Assembly (NCBI GenBank): GCA_905178155.1
Contig: CAJINV010000001.1
Location: 6,357,860 to 6,421,859 of the forward strand
Reading direction: 5' to 3'
Length of the DNA stretch: 64,000 bases
DNA from: Amoebophrya sp. A120
Taxonomy: Eukaryota; Protista; Dinoflagellata
A program made the translations under genes and the position numbers. Every line of letters starts with the position of its first letter. Positions within the stretch are counted from its first letter, which is position 1. Of the stretch, positions 20,852-33,924 are shown in pieces. A model generated the notes under the pieces. It searched no databases. It was not told the DNA's origin and saw nothing but the letters and a program-made list of their open reading frames with translations.

Positions 20852-23800
20852 ATGTGCCGGTTTGTAATCACCACGAGAGCTGTCGCGGTTTTGGCGGTCG
20901 CGAGGACCGCCGCCGGTGTCCACGAGGAGGAAAAGAAGAAGACTGAGTACCATCGGCCGAAGAAGTTTATGCAGCGGGTGGACGACGCCGAGCGGGATGC
21001 GTTCGAAGGGATTTGGACATTCTCAAACAACTTATTCTCAGCACTCAGCACCAGCGGGTCGGGTTCCTCTCCCCCAGAAGCCGTCAAAGACAAAAGGGCT
21101 CTCGATTCCTCGGCTCCTGTTTCTCATGTTGACCATGACGATGACAAAAGGACAAATAGCGGGGGCAGGAGCACGAACTCTGAGAAAAGAGATGACGCAG
21201 ATAAGCAGTCTCCCCTGTTCCTGAAGGAAGACGTTGACCTGAGCGAGCACAGTGCTGCTGGCTCAAGTTCGAGCTCCGTTGACGTCGACGACAGCACGAG
21301 ATCGTCATGGCTTCAGCACCAGCATGAGAACGAGAAAGTTCCCGCGAAAAAGAATGCGGCAACTGAAGAGGAACGCAAGATGAACAGTACACACGATCGG
21401 ACCTCCGAGGAGAATGGAAAACAACAGCACGAAAATGATCGTATTCGCAACCAAGTGGAATCTCCGGAATCGGCGTCACAACGCTGGTCATCCTCTTCGG
21501 AAGAAACCGAGAACAGTAGCAACCACACGGGTCCTCCTGCTTGGGATCAGCAGTTGTTACCGCACCGTGCTGCACCCGACATCATCCTCGTCAGGCCGGG
21601 ATCGCATCAAAATGAATCTTCCAGTACGTTCGTGCAGAGGCAAGAAGATGAAACTCAGACCAAACTACAAGCTACGCCCCGGACTGCTGATCGTATGGAG
21701 AATGCCAACGGTCATGGTGGCCAGTTACTTGTTCAAGGAGTTGAATCAGAAGTGCATAGCACTTCCAGCGCCAAGCTCCTGTTAGCACCTGGATCCTCTG
21801 AAGATACAACAATTAACAACAAGAATGACAAGAAACAATTTTCGGAACAAAACGCAGACGGACAGTTGTGGGCCGCGAACAAGGCGAGGGTTGATCAAGG
21901 CGATCCTGATCTTCATGCTAGTTCGCTTGTAGAAGAACATGCGATCAACATGTGGCCGTGGGGCGCTCCTGACTCGGAGGACTCCGACGAGGACGACGAT
22001 GATGACGACGAAGATGGTCATGATGATGACAGCTCAGAATATGGTCATGGGGAACAGACCAACGAGGATTCGTCGCCGTCAGCATCTGACGAGGAAGATT
22101 CGGAAGACCATGGTCAAAAGATGAGTAGGAAAAAGGCCAGTGAGAGCCTGATGACGATGCTTCAGGAAAGTGCACAGGCCGCGGCCAGTCTCGGATTGAT
22201 TTCAAAATCAAAGAAAGTAATGATGGCCGGCCCCGGTTTCGTCAAGTTCGTTGGGTATGACCTCATAATGGCGAGGGCTTTTGGCCTGAATCGATACGGG
22301 TCAAACGAGCGAGTGCTGGCGGGGTACTACAAATTATGATTATCGTGGTGATTGACAATTTTTAGAGCTCTAACTCTATTTTATTGAGGTGGATCAATTC
22401 CGAGCCCCAACTATGTATTTCGTACCTAGCGAAGCTCCTTTTTTTTTTGTTTTGTCTTCGCAAAGAGCGAAGAGCACTAAATAATTAAAGGCACGGGCGT
22501 CGTGAAGCTGCGCCTTGCAGTTTCAAGTTACACATTAAATTTAAGAAAAAAAACTAACAACTTTCAGCGAATGCGCACAAGGGAACGCCGTCGAGAAACT
22601 AACGGGAGTTGCTATGTTATTCCCCGTATGCAATGAAGAATATATTTCTGGGTCAGTGGAGGGAGGGTACCGATACTGTACAGCATTAGCAACGCTCTAA
22701 GTACAAGTTCGTCTTGGTCCCTTTGCACGACTTCATCAAAGGCGCTTCTTGGCAGTTGTGGCGCTGTATCGTGAAGTGTCATGGAAGACAAATTACTCAG
22801 ACCAACAAGAACCCCTCCCCATGATGATCAAAGCTTTCTTACATCTTCAACACCCTCGACTGACCCAGACGTACTATTTCGATTTGATATTCTGGCATGG
22901 CGGACGACGATGCGAATTTTCAATTGGGCACCTGGATGGAGATATCATGCAGAAAAGTCTAGCATATTTCAATTATTTCTATCACTGCCATGCTGAGAAA
23001 TGTTTGAAGTCAGACTCAAAAAATAAAAAGATGAACATATATAAATTTGAATTTGTATTTCGTCCCCACGGCAGGGGCAGCTTCGCAGCACCAGAGCCCC
23101 GCGCTACGTAGGTAGGCATGACCATGCATGTCCATGACCTTGACCGCACTCACATCAAGGGCAGATGGTCGGCGTCCACTTTGATGTAGTTGATTTTTTT
23201 AGTTTTATCAAAGAGCTAGTAGGTACATAATTCCAGGCAGCCAAAGCCAATGCCATCATTTTTTATTTTCCATTGGAGTGATACCCGAATCTGATAAGCA
23301 TAAGCTAGCTCTTTTCTAATTGAGACGACCACCTGGTGAATGGGGGAGAGTATGATCCGACGAAAGAAGCACCGAAGTTGCACTTTGTGGAGCACTCGCT
23401 AAATGCAATAAAGCGGCATGATTCTGACCTTCAGACACGGCCAGGCGCTCCTGCGGTTGCGGAAGGTTACTTCTATTATGTGGAGCAGCAATGGATCCAG
23501 GTCGTGGCTAAGCCAATTGAAAAAACAAGGAGGGAGGTCCTCGACGATTATTTTTTTTCGCCCAACGGCATACCACAAAAAATTAAAATACGAGCGCCCG
23601 ATAAGACCGAGGAACTCGAGCTGATCCTGAAAAAACAGACCTACCGGAAAAGAGTTGGTCATACGGTAAACAACATCAAGGCAGTGGCGGGGTTTGTCGA
23701 GCGTACCTTTTTCCCCATCTTACCGAATGGGGCGAGTTTGCTGCACATCGTGGAGGATCAAGAGCCGCAGGGAACCGGAGCTGCATTACGCGGAGAACGC

Positions 23801-26800
23801 CAGAAATTTCAACCAACCACCGACGCCTCCACGTGTATGGCGAAGGTTGAGAGTCTTGGTAGCGAGCGCGATTCGCCAACTCAGCAGTCTGATTCCGTGC
23901 GCAAACTCCTGCTGGATTTCGTCGTTGACCGGCTGGTATTTCTCTTCTATGCTTTCTTTTCTTGTTCCGCGACCGCGAGTCAACGCGAAGCGCAACCAGG
24001 CAGACTTTGCATTTAAGTAAGTACTTCATTCTTATTGTATATGTTGGTCATGGTAATGCATTGACAACTTCTAGTTCCACTTGATTTCTTTATACCTTTA
24101 TTATGAGTGCGAGCAGGAGCAGCTAATATGGCGGATTCATTTGGTAACTTACGTTTTTGGGAGCGCAGGGGACCGAAGGCCCACCCGGCTGGGTGGGTCA
24201 TAGTTCCTATGAGCACCACCTAGTAGGCGAAATTGTAGAAGTGACCCTCTTCTTCTGACTCTAACTCAAATAGAAATTATCTCGAACATTACTTGCATTA
24301 CAACATTCACAGTTGGTATTGCTTTTGGTAGATGAATTTCGAACGCACTGTGCAGGTAATTGGGTTGGACGACGACGAGGACGTGGTCAGGTCGTCGCAT
24401 CTGGTGATGGTGGATGGTGTACGAGAGTACTTTTTTGGCCCACTAGCGCGGGTGCGTGAAGGGATCTTGGCGCGGTCGACACATCACGACAATACAGTAG
24501 AAAATGACATTGCGCAGGTTCGCAATTATCTTGAAGAGCACACAGGAATTGAGGACTTCTGGAGATTCACCAAAGAGAATAAACACCTGCACCTCATCGA
24601 CCCCCGTTTCGATTCCATTGACATTGGAGAACTCAATGGGCTGCTCGATAAGGCCGTTCTAGAGCTTCAGGCGGAGAAAGGGATACTACTCGCTGCGAGG
24701 AACAAAAATCAAAATGGTCTCATCTCGTCAACAACACCACAAGTACTAGAACTAGAAGTGAAGGATTTTGCGGCCCTAATCGTTCATCCAATTCCCATCT
24801 TTCAAGAAGCTGTCGCTCTCAAGCCGAGACTGGAACGTAAAATACTTCTCGAGAAGAGGTGGCGGGAAGATGGGTGGGAAGAACTCGAGAAGGCACGTAA
24901 AATACTCGAGAAGAAAAATAAAAGACTCGAGAAGAAGTTGGAAGAACAAAATAAGCGTCATCTTCTTGCGAACAAACACGAACAGGACAGCGAAAACGAC
25001 GACGAACACGATGAAGAGGAGGATGTCGAGGATAGCCCAGAGTACCTGAAAGCCAGAAAGGAGTACGTAGAGGCAGTCAACGAGTTGAGACAGGCAGAGA
25101 AGGAGGCGAGGCACGAATACTTCTTGCGTGAACAGCACATGTCGCCTCTGCGGTACGCATTGTTGACCGACTTCAGGAAGAAAACTAGAGCCCGCACTAT
25201 ATCCTTCCTCCAGGAAGATGCACGACTCCCAATAGTGACGGACGTGTGTGGATTGGCGGTCCGCGAAGTCGATCCGACTGATGAAGCTGCGGGGCCGCAT
25301 AAAGAAGGTGAGCAAGCAGAAGATGAAGATGATGCCGCAGCTGCTGGAGCTAACACCAATCCTGAAGATGGAGAACAGTCCACTTCGACATCCGACCGCA
25401 ACGACAAGAACCCGAAGAAAGCTATGAAGATGTCTCCTACTTTACGTCGATTCCTGCAGCATTTTGCTCTTGTACATGACTACGCGAGCAACCCACGGGC
25501 TTCGCCGTGCTATTTTGAGAACATACCAGACCAAAAGCAGCTCGAGGGCTGCAGAAAAGCGCTAGATGACAAGCTCGTGTACGATGTCACGCAGCATTTC
25601 GACACGAACCGCGACGCAACATTCCAGCCAGTGCTCAGAAAGCGGAAAGGAGAAGAGCAGCAGCTGTGGGCGAGTGGAGCGCATCTCCCTCCCCGCGCCT
25701 CGCGCTACGTAAAAATGATGGTCCGGGGGTTGCCACTGGCCGATGACTCTGGTCAAAGATATGATGCTGTCGCGTGGCATCACTTCCTGACAGTGACATT
25801 TCTCAAACCTGACGTGGAAAGGGGAAGCTTGACGGGGAAGGAAACAGTACAGCATTGGAATTTCAACCAACGATATGAACAAAATAGGAATCTGCCGTAG
25901 TTCTTTCCGCGCCCTGCTCGGCTCAGACCAGCGTAGTGCCGCTGCGCTGCAGCTGCTTGCATGGCTAGTATAATTGTGTTTATTAGCACAATTGTGGTGC
26001 CGCTGCTTTAGAACATACAAGGTACAAGGTTGTAGCTCTCGTAGATCTACTAGTACCATAAAGTGTACGTAGATGATGAAGAATTAAACTACACCTACAA
26101 CAAAGAAAAATATTAATTACGGCCATGCAGTAGAAGAATTGGTAGCAGGGTCATGCGTACTTATTGGTCTGCAATAAGCTTTAGTAGGCGCGCAGAGAGA
26201 TGCACGATTTGCTTTTCCAATTTCATAGAACTACGGGTGTTGGGATGAACGACATGTGGGGAGATTATTTCGGTGAAGAAGCGGAGCGGGCCGAGGACGA
26301 GAAGACGAGAGAGCACTTGGAAGGCTGGCATCCGTACGAGTTTGGTGACGAATTAATAGAGGCTGCCAAACCAGGAAGTGGGTCATTGATTGTCCCGATG
26401 ACGCAAGGGGAATGGTATGCGCTCATGTTCGCCCTGATGCTGACGCCGTTTGGGGACGGCAAAATGTATCAGTGCTTCCCCTTTACAGGGCATCAGCACA
26501 TTAATTGCCAGAGCTTTGCGCATCTGCTGCCGGAGTTGCTGCGTGTACCTGTTGTACCTGCAAAAAGCTCTTGGCTTTCGGGTTCTGGTGCTGCACCGCA
26601 CCCCGTCGACTACAGAAGTAGCGGTTTACGTTTGTTCTCAGAATGGTACGAGGAGCAGACCAAGCAGAAAAAGTTTGTTGGCGCGATTAAAACTGTGTCG
26701 GAGGTAGTGGTGCAGTTGATGATGAAGATTCCGACATATGGCAAGAACATTTCAAAGCGGATACGCGGATTCATGACAGAACAACTCGGCCCTCTGCTGC

Positions 26801-29800
26801 ATTCCGCACACGAAAGAGTGATGGAGTACATGAGCGCTTCCGCCCTGGAGGCCGCTAAGAAAACGTGGTCAGAGCGGTTGTCTATGTTATTATTGGCGAT
26901 CCGGACGACAGTTACGACGGTAGCGGCTGCGGTGGCCTCCATGACCAACGCCGCAGTGGAGCACCTTCGACGCCTTCCTTTCGCATCGACAGCGCAGATT
27001 ACAAACGACCTCAGCGGTTGGGCACGTCGCGTTGTTCGAGATGCAAAAGCCGCAGCCGTGACTCTGACGGCCGGCTCAGCGGATGCAGGCTCGGGTAGCA
27101 CAGACCGGCATCAAGGAATACCAGACTCGTATGTCTCCGTTGGGCTGGAAAAAATGCTCCGGGAGGAAGTAAACTCTGATATACAACCTGGTGATCCTCA
27201 TGAGGAAGAGGATAATCTGCCTGGTGCCTTGCGGTCCGACCGCGAGGAGCAAAATCCAATGCAACGGGAACACCATTTTGCTAATCCAGATCCTTATGGT
27301 TTTTCCACCGCTGCTCCGTATGATCCTCACGGCGCCGAGAGCCAGCAGAACAGTGGTCACGGTAGCGGTGATATCTTTGGGGGAGCTGTGACTCCGAAGC
27401 AGGAGAGTACGAATGCACGTGAACACGCACACCCTCCTATCTATGATGAAAATAAATATGGAACAAGTGGACGAGAAAATGAAATGAAAGCCAGCACTTC
27501 TACTCACTGGAACACAATTCGGAAGGAGGTGGCACGCGGGGGCGGGTCGCGGTTGCAAGACAACATAGCAAGGGAACTCTGGGCAGGTCTAGTAGCAGAG
27601 AAGGATCAACAACAGCACGAAGACACAAACCGCGAAATTTCTGCTAGTCAACAAGGGTTGAAAGAACACCCAGTTGTTGCACCTGTTGCACCAGAACATC
27701 AAGCACAACCTGATGCCGAGGCGCGTGGCCGTCCACCGCCTGCCGGGGTTGGCCCAGCGAGAGCGAGTTCTGTCCCTAGCCTTCCTCATCAACATCTTCA
27801 TCAGACGCCACGGGGTCGCTCGCCACGGGGTCGCGCGGTGTCGCAGGGTAGCCGTCTCGGTGTTGGACACGAACAACGGTTGGAGTCGGGGATGAGATCT
27901 CGGCCAGCCCGAGATCGCGCTCCTTCTCCAACTACTCGTGGCTCCCGACGTGCAGAACAACGACCACCGGGGTCGTCCACCAGCAGTAAGAGTCTCCAAG
28001 GCGTTGGCGCGCCCTCGTCGCTCGGGGATGAAAATCATCCCCGGGGGGAACGCCAAGCGGAATCGCGAGCCGGAGATCGAGCGCGAGCGTCCTCGCCTCC
28101 TGCTGGTACGCCCCGCCCCCGGGCCGGCGAACGCAGCGGTGAAGGTCCGATCTTCACGTCTGCGCCGTCTCGTCAGGCGGCCAGGGAACGAGACGAATTA
28201 GGAGGTGGAAGATCAGCAGGACCAACTTCAACATCAGCACACGCCGGCCATCCGCTAGTACACGGAGGACGACTTGGTGGTCGACCTGGCGCGTCTCATC
28301 GTGCGTCTTCTGTTCCACCTCGAGGAGCCTCGGTTCCTTCCGCCGCGGGGAGGACAAAACCGACCGTGTCGAGTGAAAGAAGTCAAAGTAGTCCTGTCGA
28401 ATCGGCAGCGATGCCGAAGACTGCGGCGCCAAAAGCACCAGCTCAAGGAGCGGCGCAACGCGCAACATCTCCTATGAAAGCGGATATTGATGGGGGAGCA
28501 CCACGACCAGCACCATCAGGACGCGAAGAAAGAAGTTCAGTTGGAGGCTTTCATGATCCCGGAGGACGCTCAGGCTCCAGTGGTCAACCACAACCAAAAG
28601 GCCCCAGTAATATATCTGGACCCGTTGCCAGTGAAAGAGGCAGATCTGCGAGGCCGAACCCACTCCCACAAGGATCTCCATATGCTGCAGCTGCTCCACG
28701 GGAAGGATCTCCAGATGCCTCTTCACCTGCTCGTGTCGTACAGTCCCAGCCAAGGAGCCGATCCCAATCAAGGTCCCCTTCCCCTGCACGTGCAGCAGCT
28801 GCAGGACCTGCTACGAGCCAAAAGGCACCTGCAGTGCCTGCTGTTGCTGCAGGACTACCGAGAACCGCCATGAAGACTACTAGCCCGCCGCAGTCTTCTC
28901 GGGCGGGACCGAAAACACCCTCCACCAGCGCGGCTTCAATCGCAACTGCAGCAGCGAGCCCGGCATCCGCATCCCCCGCCACGGCAAAGGCTCTACCGGG
29001 ACCGAAGCGAGCAACTTCAGCCGGGCGTGCTGCACCCACAGCACCTGCACCAAGGGCAGCATCCGCATCCCCCGTCGGCAGGGGTCCACCGAGACCTGAA
29101 GCTCGTCCACCCGCAACAGCAAGAGCAGCGTCCGCTGCACCACCCGTGAAAGCGAACGCACCCCCAGCCGGGGCTCCAGTACTCACAGCAGCAAGACGAG
29201 CAGCATCCGCTGCGCCCCCCGTCAAAGTAGTGAAAGCACACCCGGCAGGGGCTCCAGGACCCGCAGCAGCAAGAGGACGACCAGGATCCGCTACACCACC
29301 GCTCGTCGCCAAAGCGAAAGCACAAGCCGCCAAGGCTCCACCGGCAGCAACAAGGGGAGCATCCGCTGCACCCCGCCCTGCTAGCAAAACGACTCCTCCA
29401 ACCGCAGCACCAAAAAGCGCAGCACCTCAGCGTGGTCCAGGCGCCGACCGCCCCCGGACGCCTCCTCCACAGCAGGGCAAGCCCCAATCGCAATCGTCCC
29501 CCATCAAGAGGACTATGGCGCCTCCCGGACCGGCGACCGCAGCACCCCCATCTCAAGCCCCCAGCCAAAAGCAATTTTCCGGGCCCAGCGGGAACGCAGC
29601 GAGGGCGGCCGCTAGTGTTTCTGCGCACGACAGCTCTCGTCAGCGAACGGGAACTTCTAGTGGTGTTTCTCCGGCACCGGCACGAGCACGACCTCCGGCT
29701 GCAGCTGCGCCTCCACCGGTACGACACGTTGCTGCAGCGCCACCACGTGGAGGCTCCGTCGCTGGTCGCAGTTCATCTCAAGGTCCTGCCGAGCCGCGCC

Positions 29801-29973
29801 CGCCAGCGCAAAAATCGCAACAAGGCCGAAGTAACGTTCCTGCGACGGCGGCGAGAGGACGAAGATACAGGCAGGGTGGTGGGTCTGCTTCGTCTTTCAC
29901 GGAGAAGTCCTCCCCTGGGTTAACAAGAGAAGACGAAGACGTTGTGGCAGGAGCGACGCAAAGGCAAACCTAA
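20852..29973 (+). CDS. Large probably secreted multi-exon protein: signal peptide, acidic disordered pro-region, putative permuted papain-like (PPPDE/LRAT-type NlpC/P60) catalytic motifs and a long Pro/Ala/Ser/Arg-rich tail
   Basis: ORFs 20849-22339, 23336-24016, 24332-25900 and 26200-29973. In-frame GT-AG joins 23936-24355 and 25897-26195. Signal-like MCRFVITTRAVAVLAVARTAAG; motifs WHHFLTVTF and YQCF...NCQSFA. Exon structure at 22324-23324 is unresolved, so this could be two genes. Confidence 0.6.
29050..29380 (+). repeat. Degenerate coding repeats encoding RAASA(A)PP / RGASAAP
   Basis: Copies of (G)AGCA(G)CATCCGC(T)GCACC-like sequence near 29054, 29122, 29198 and 29356. Confidence 0.7.
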
Positions 29974-31461
29974 TTCAGGTTCGTCCGGAAAAGCAATGCG
30001 ACACATTGGGTGAAGGGCGAGGACCCGACTTTTGGTCACGCGAACCGGAAATGCGACAAATTGAGCTAAATGTCAGTATGTCGAAACTTAAATTGGATTG
30101 AAGTATAATTGTATCGGATTTGGAAAAAAAAAAAAAACTCCCTCTCTCAAGTGATTCTTCTTCTTCCCCCTTGGTACACGTACAAGTGCATGCATTCCCC
30201 TCCTTTGTCCGTACGTTTTTCTTTCTGCAACTGAAAGTCGAAACATAATATCGCAAACATAAGCATTTTCATCTAGTAGAAGTATGATTGCATAGAAGTA
30301 GGCACACCGAAACGGGTATGCATATGGTTTTCGTTTCGGGCATTGGCATTCGTTTTCGTACACGAACCTCACAAATAACGACGTATTTCTTATTTGTTTC
30401 ATCTTTTTCAGCGCAGACCCCGCTGCGGATCTACTTCATTCAGCGTTTATAGGTTATTTTTCAGGGTTCGCTTGACGCTAACGGTAAGGACGTGTCGTAT
30501 TTTGTGAGTTTGAGTTTCAATTTGTTTCCGTTCTCGAAATTGATCACCAGGTCTCGACGCTTCTGCGCGGGTCTTGCGTATGAAGCGGTATGGAAGAAGA
30601 TAATCGGTTTAGTATCTATCTGTTATGATTATCAGACTCTGCCTGCAACTGGTGTTCCCTGGCCGCTTGAAATGTATGTGAAAACAATATATTAAGTTCG
30701 TATAATACATGACTGTAGCACCCGTTGTCGGTTCGTTGTGTAAGCCACGGTGTTGGGTGCCATCTGAATCTTCTCAGCCTCCTTCACATCACACGATGAC
30801 TTTCGAGAAGATTTGATCTCCATTTATCGAATACCTCTTTATGCTGCAGGTACTATCGCTATCGGTCCTGGCTGTCTGGAAACCAAAAAAAAAAAATATC
30901 TGCAAAAACTAGCAGTAATACCCTGTGCTGCAAGTAGTTACACTTTGATCATCATGACGTGTGGTCGTGTTGGGTCGCCCGGAAGCTCAGCCTTCTCGTC
31001 TGTTTCTATGCCAATCGTTCTCGTAGGGGAAGGGGAGTAGATCTTCGGGAGGTAGAAGACAAACAATAAACAATTTCGAAAACAATGAAACGCAAATCGG
31101 ATACATTTTGTTTTTGAAAAATCGGGGGTATGTTACCTTGCCTTCAATCATCCGGACGGTTTTGTATCTTTTTGTTGCTTGTGTTATGATGTTTCAGCAT
31201 TTTTCTGACATTGCACAGTTCCAACATGATCGATGTATCGAATCTCATAAAATGACATGCAACGCCTAACTATCGAACCGCTCAGCTCTTCCTGAAAAAG
31301 AATTTCGTCATATTTCCAATTCGTGATTTTCTGCTCCGGAGGCACCCGCCGTCTATAAATTCTTTGTGTAATTGTGCGAGTCAACTACAGGTTTTTTTTT
31401 TGTTTCGGGAAATACAAAAAGCACGCAAACGTTTGAAAAAAGAAAGAAAAACAAGGACACC

Positions 31462-32619
31462 ATGGCAGAAGATGAGTTCAATCCGGCCTTGAAGGCCTTG
31501 AAGAGGCCTTTGTGGGAGATGCACAAGAAGGGTGAAATCATGCCGGAAGCCGACTTCTACTCAAAGTACTACCACTTTTCGCACAAACCGGTCCGAGATT
31601 CCTACCCAACGGCCGTCATTGGAAAGTATTTTCGTTTTTTGTTCCGAAAAGTTGTGCTGTGGCGCAGCCTTGTCATTGTTGTGCTGCTGCAACAGATTTT
31701 GATTGCTATCACTAACTACGTCATACGAGTGAAGCTGGAAACGACAGTGAAAGAAAAGCCAACACGACACTACAGAGTAAAGTACTTCCAGAAGATGGAA
31801 GAAATCCGAGCAGTGGAAAATGACGAGCCACGAGTCAAGGATATGGCTGGACTTCATTTGCGTACGGTCAAGCTAAAAGTAATTGCGCCGTGCCTCTTTA
31901 TTTTATTCATGAAGAAGATGTGTATGTGCATGAAGATAGAAGGCCAATGTTCCCATTAATCTCAACGATGAATGCGACAGTTGCACAAGCCTCATGATGT
32001 TTGCTTCGTTATGTGATCGGTTTCCTAGTGTTGATCTTGCTGCATGATTGACAAAAAATGTGTAAATCTGATGCTCTTGACCGCACCAAATGTTTCCGGG
32101 TCACAAACCATCCGGATGAGTGGTCGGACACGAGCAGCCATCAGTCCATGTTTAACAGCAGTAAAGTGAAGCAGCAACGCGGCCTGAACATGGGGCCGGC
32201 AAAACGGGAGGAGCCTCCGGCTATCACTGCAGCCTGCGCACAAATCGGAAAGCTGATTGAAACGGACGCTGTGCAGAAAGCATGTAAACTGTTTCTTCTA
32301 CACTGCTGCTTGTACTTTTTCGGTTTTTTCTCACAGCTCGTAGGCCTACGCGTGCGCATAAGTACCAATTTCATACATGCTACTACTAGCAAGACCTCCG
32401 ATGCACTGGACTCTCACTCCATTTTGAGTATAGTAGTGCCGGCGATCTTAATCAACAAGAACAATTCAAAAGAAAATTAAAACAACAGGCACCTACAAAC
32501 CAATTGCGGGATCAAAATACCTGTTTTTCGGTGGTGGTACACCTGCAGGCGGGTTTAAGCGTCATTCCCGCGAGGACCCGTGGAACTTCCCCACGCCGGC
32601 GGATTACCACAAGAAATAG
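31462..32619 (+). CDS. Single-pass membrane protein of unknown function; exons 31462-31878, ~32061-32283, 32489-32619
   Basis: MAEDEFNPALK... ORF with TM VVLWRSLVIVVLLQQILIAIT. GT-AG intron 32284-32488 gives an in-frame last exon (CTYKPIAGSKYLFFGGG...YHKK*). The first intron acceptor is unresolved and has no suitable AG. Confidence 0.65.
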
Positions 32620-33924
32620 GCAGCGCTGCGCGAGTACGACGTCACCTGAAAGTGAAATAAGAAGAAGATGAAGACGAGCGTGACAGAGTAAGTGTTAAAA
32701 CAACATACCTACTCTCAGAGGCGAGCTGCGGCGCGCCGAGGTGTGTTTCCGTGGCTGTCAACGAAAAAGTGCTGTTGAGGATTTCTTTCGTAGTCCCATT
32801 GATTCGTGGTTATAGAAACCAAGAATGCTGTAGAACTTCGATGAAGCATGTAAATTTACGTTTTTTGACAAATGTTTGTGCATTCTCTAGCTTTGGCTAG
32901 TATCATGTTTGATCATCAACATTCAACATCATCAACGCTTTTCGTTTTTCAGGAACCATTTAACTACCATAGCTTAACCTTGTAAATGAAAGTTTGTGAC
33001 ATTTCTCTTGGGCTTCTGGTTGCGCACTTCTGATGTCGGTGTAGCCCAAGCGAGATCGACGAGACCGAAATCAATGTACAATATGCTGGACCACGAAAAC
33101 AAAATCAATAAAGATGATGTGGCAGTAGAAACAAAAGTAAGGTGTTGGTCCGTCTACCTTTTGTTCTTTATCGAAACGAATCGGAATCAAAAAGATCACA
33201 ATAACAACGAAGAGGAGCCTCGGCATTCTGAGTAGACGCTAGAGCGAAGCTACTGGGTGCGCCATGTGCCTGATTATACTCGGGTGTTGCAGTAGCTTTT
33301 CCGGTTCTACTCCCTCTTTCTCATGAGGATGCAGGCAGAAGATGGTGCTGGTACAGAAATAAGGAAGCACCTCGAGACGAGGATGACAATCTGAGCGGTC
33401 AAGTTGATGTTGATCTTGTTCAGAAATTAAAGTTGAGATGATCATATGAGCAAAACCTAAACCAAAACTGGATCCATGTTCAGATCTTGCAATGAAATGA
33501 TCCTGGTGATTCAAACATGGAAAATACCGTTGTCTTGATCAACTTCAAATGAGCCTACATATTATTGGGCGTGCTACACCCACTGACGTCTTTCAAAGTT
33601 TGAAAGATCATGCTCCCACAATACTATACATTTACATAGTCCATTGGCGCTTTGAATACTCTCACAGGTGAAATAAAGTTACGGTCAATTGTCGAGTAGA
33701 TGAGCAAGTAGAATGCGAATTCACTATCAGATTCATTGACCGACTTGCTTTTTATTTGGCGAAAACTCGGACGAGCAGGAGCATGCCGCCAATGCCATTT
33801 GTTACACTACTTACAGCTCGTGTATTCACCTGCGTTAAAAGTGTAAGTCTAACTTGAACTGCGACCTTGATCGGAAAATCTGCTTGTAGTTACTAGACAA
33901 AAAGAAAAACTAATTTCACCAAAA

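Noticed and set aside
22698-22700. Stop-codon reassignment (known in one Amoebophrya lineage) as the explanation of the in-frame TAA
   Set aside because: ORFs of 1200-2700 aa in this window have no internal stops, and the other ORF breaks are explained by introns, so the standard code fits.
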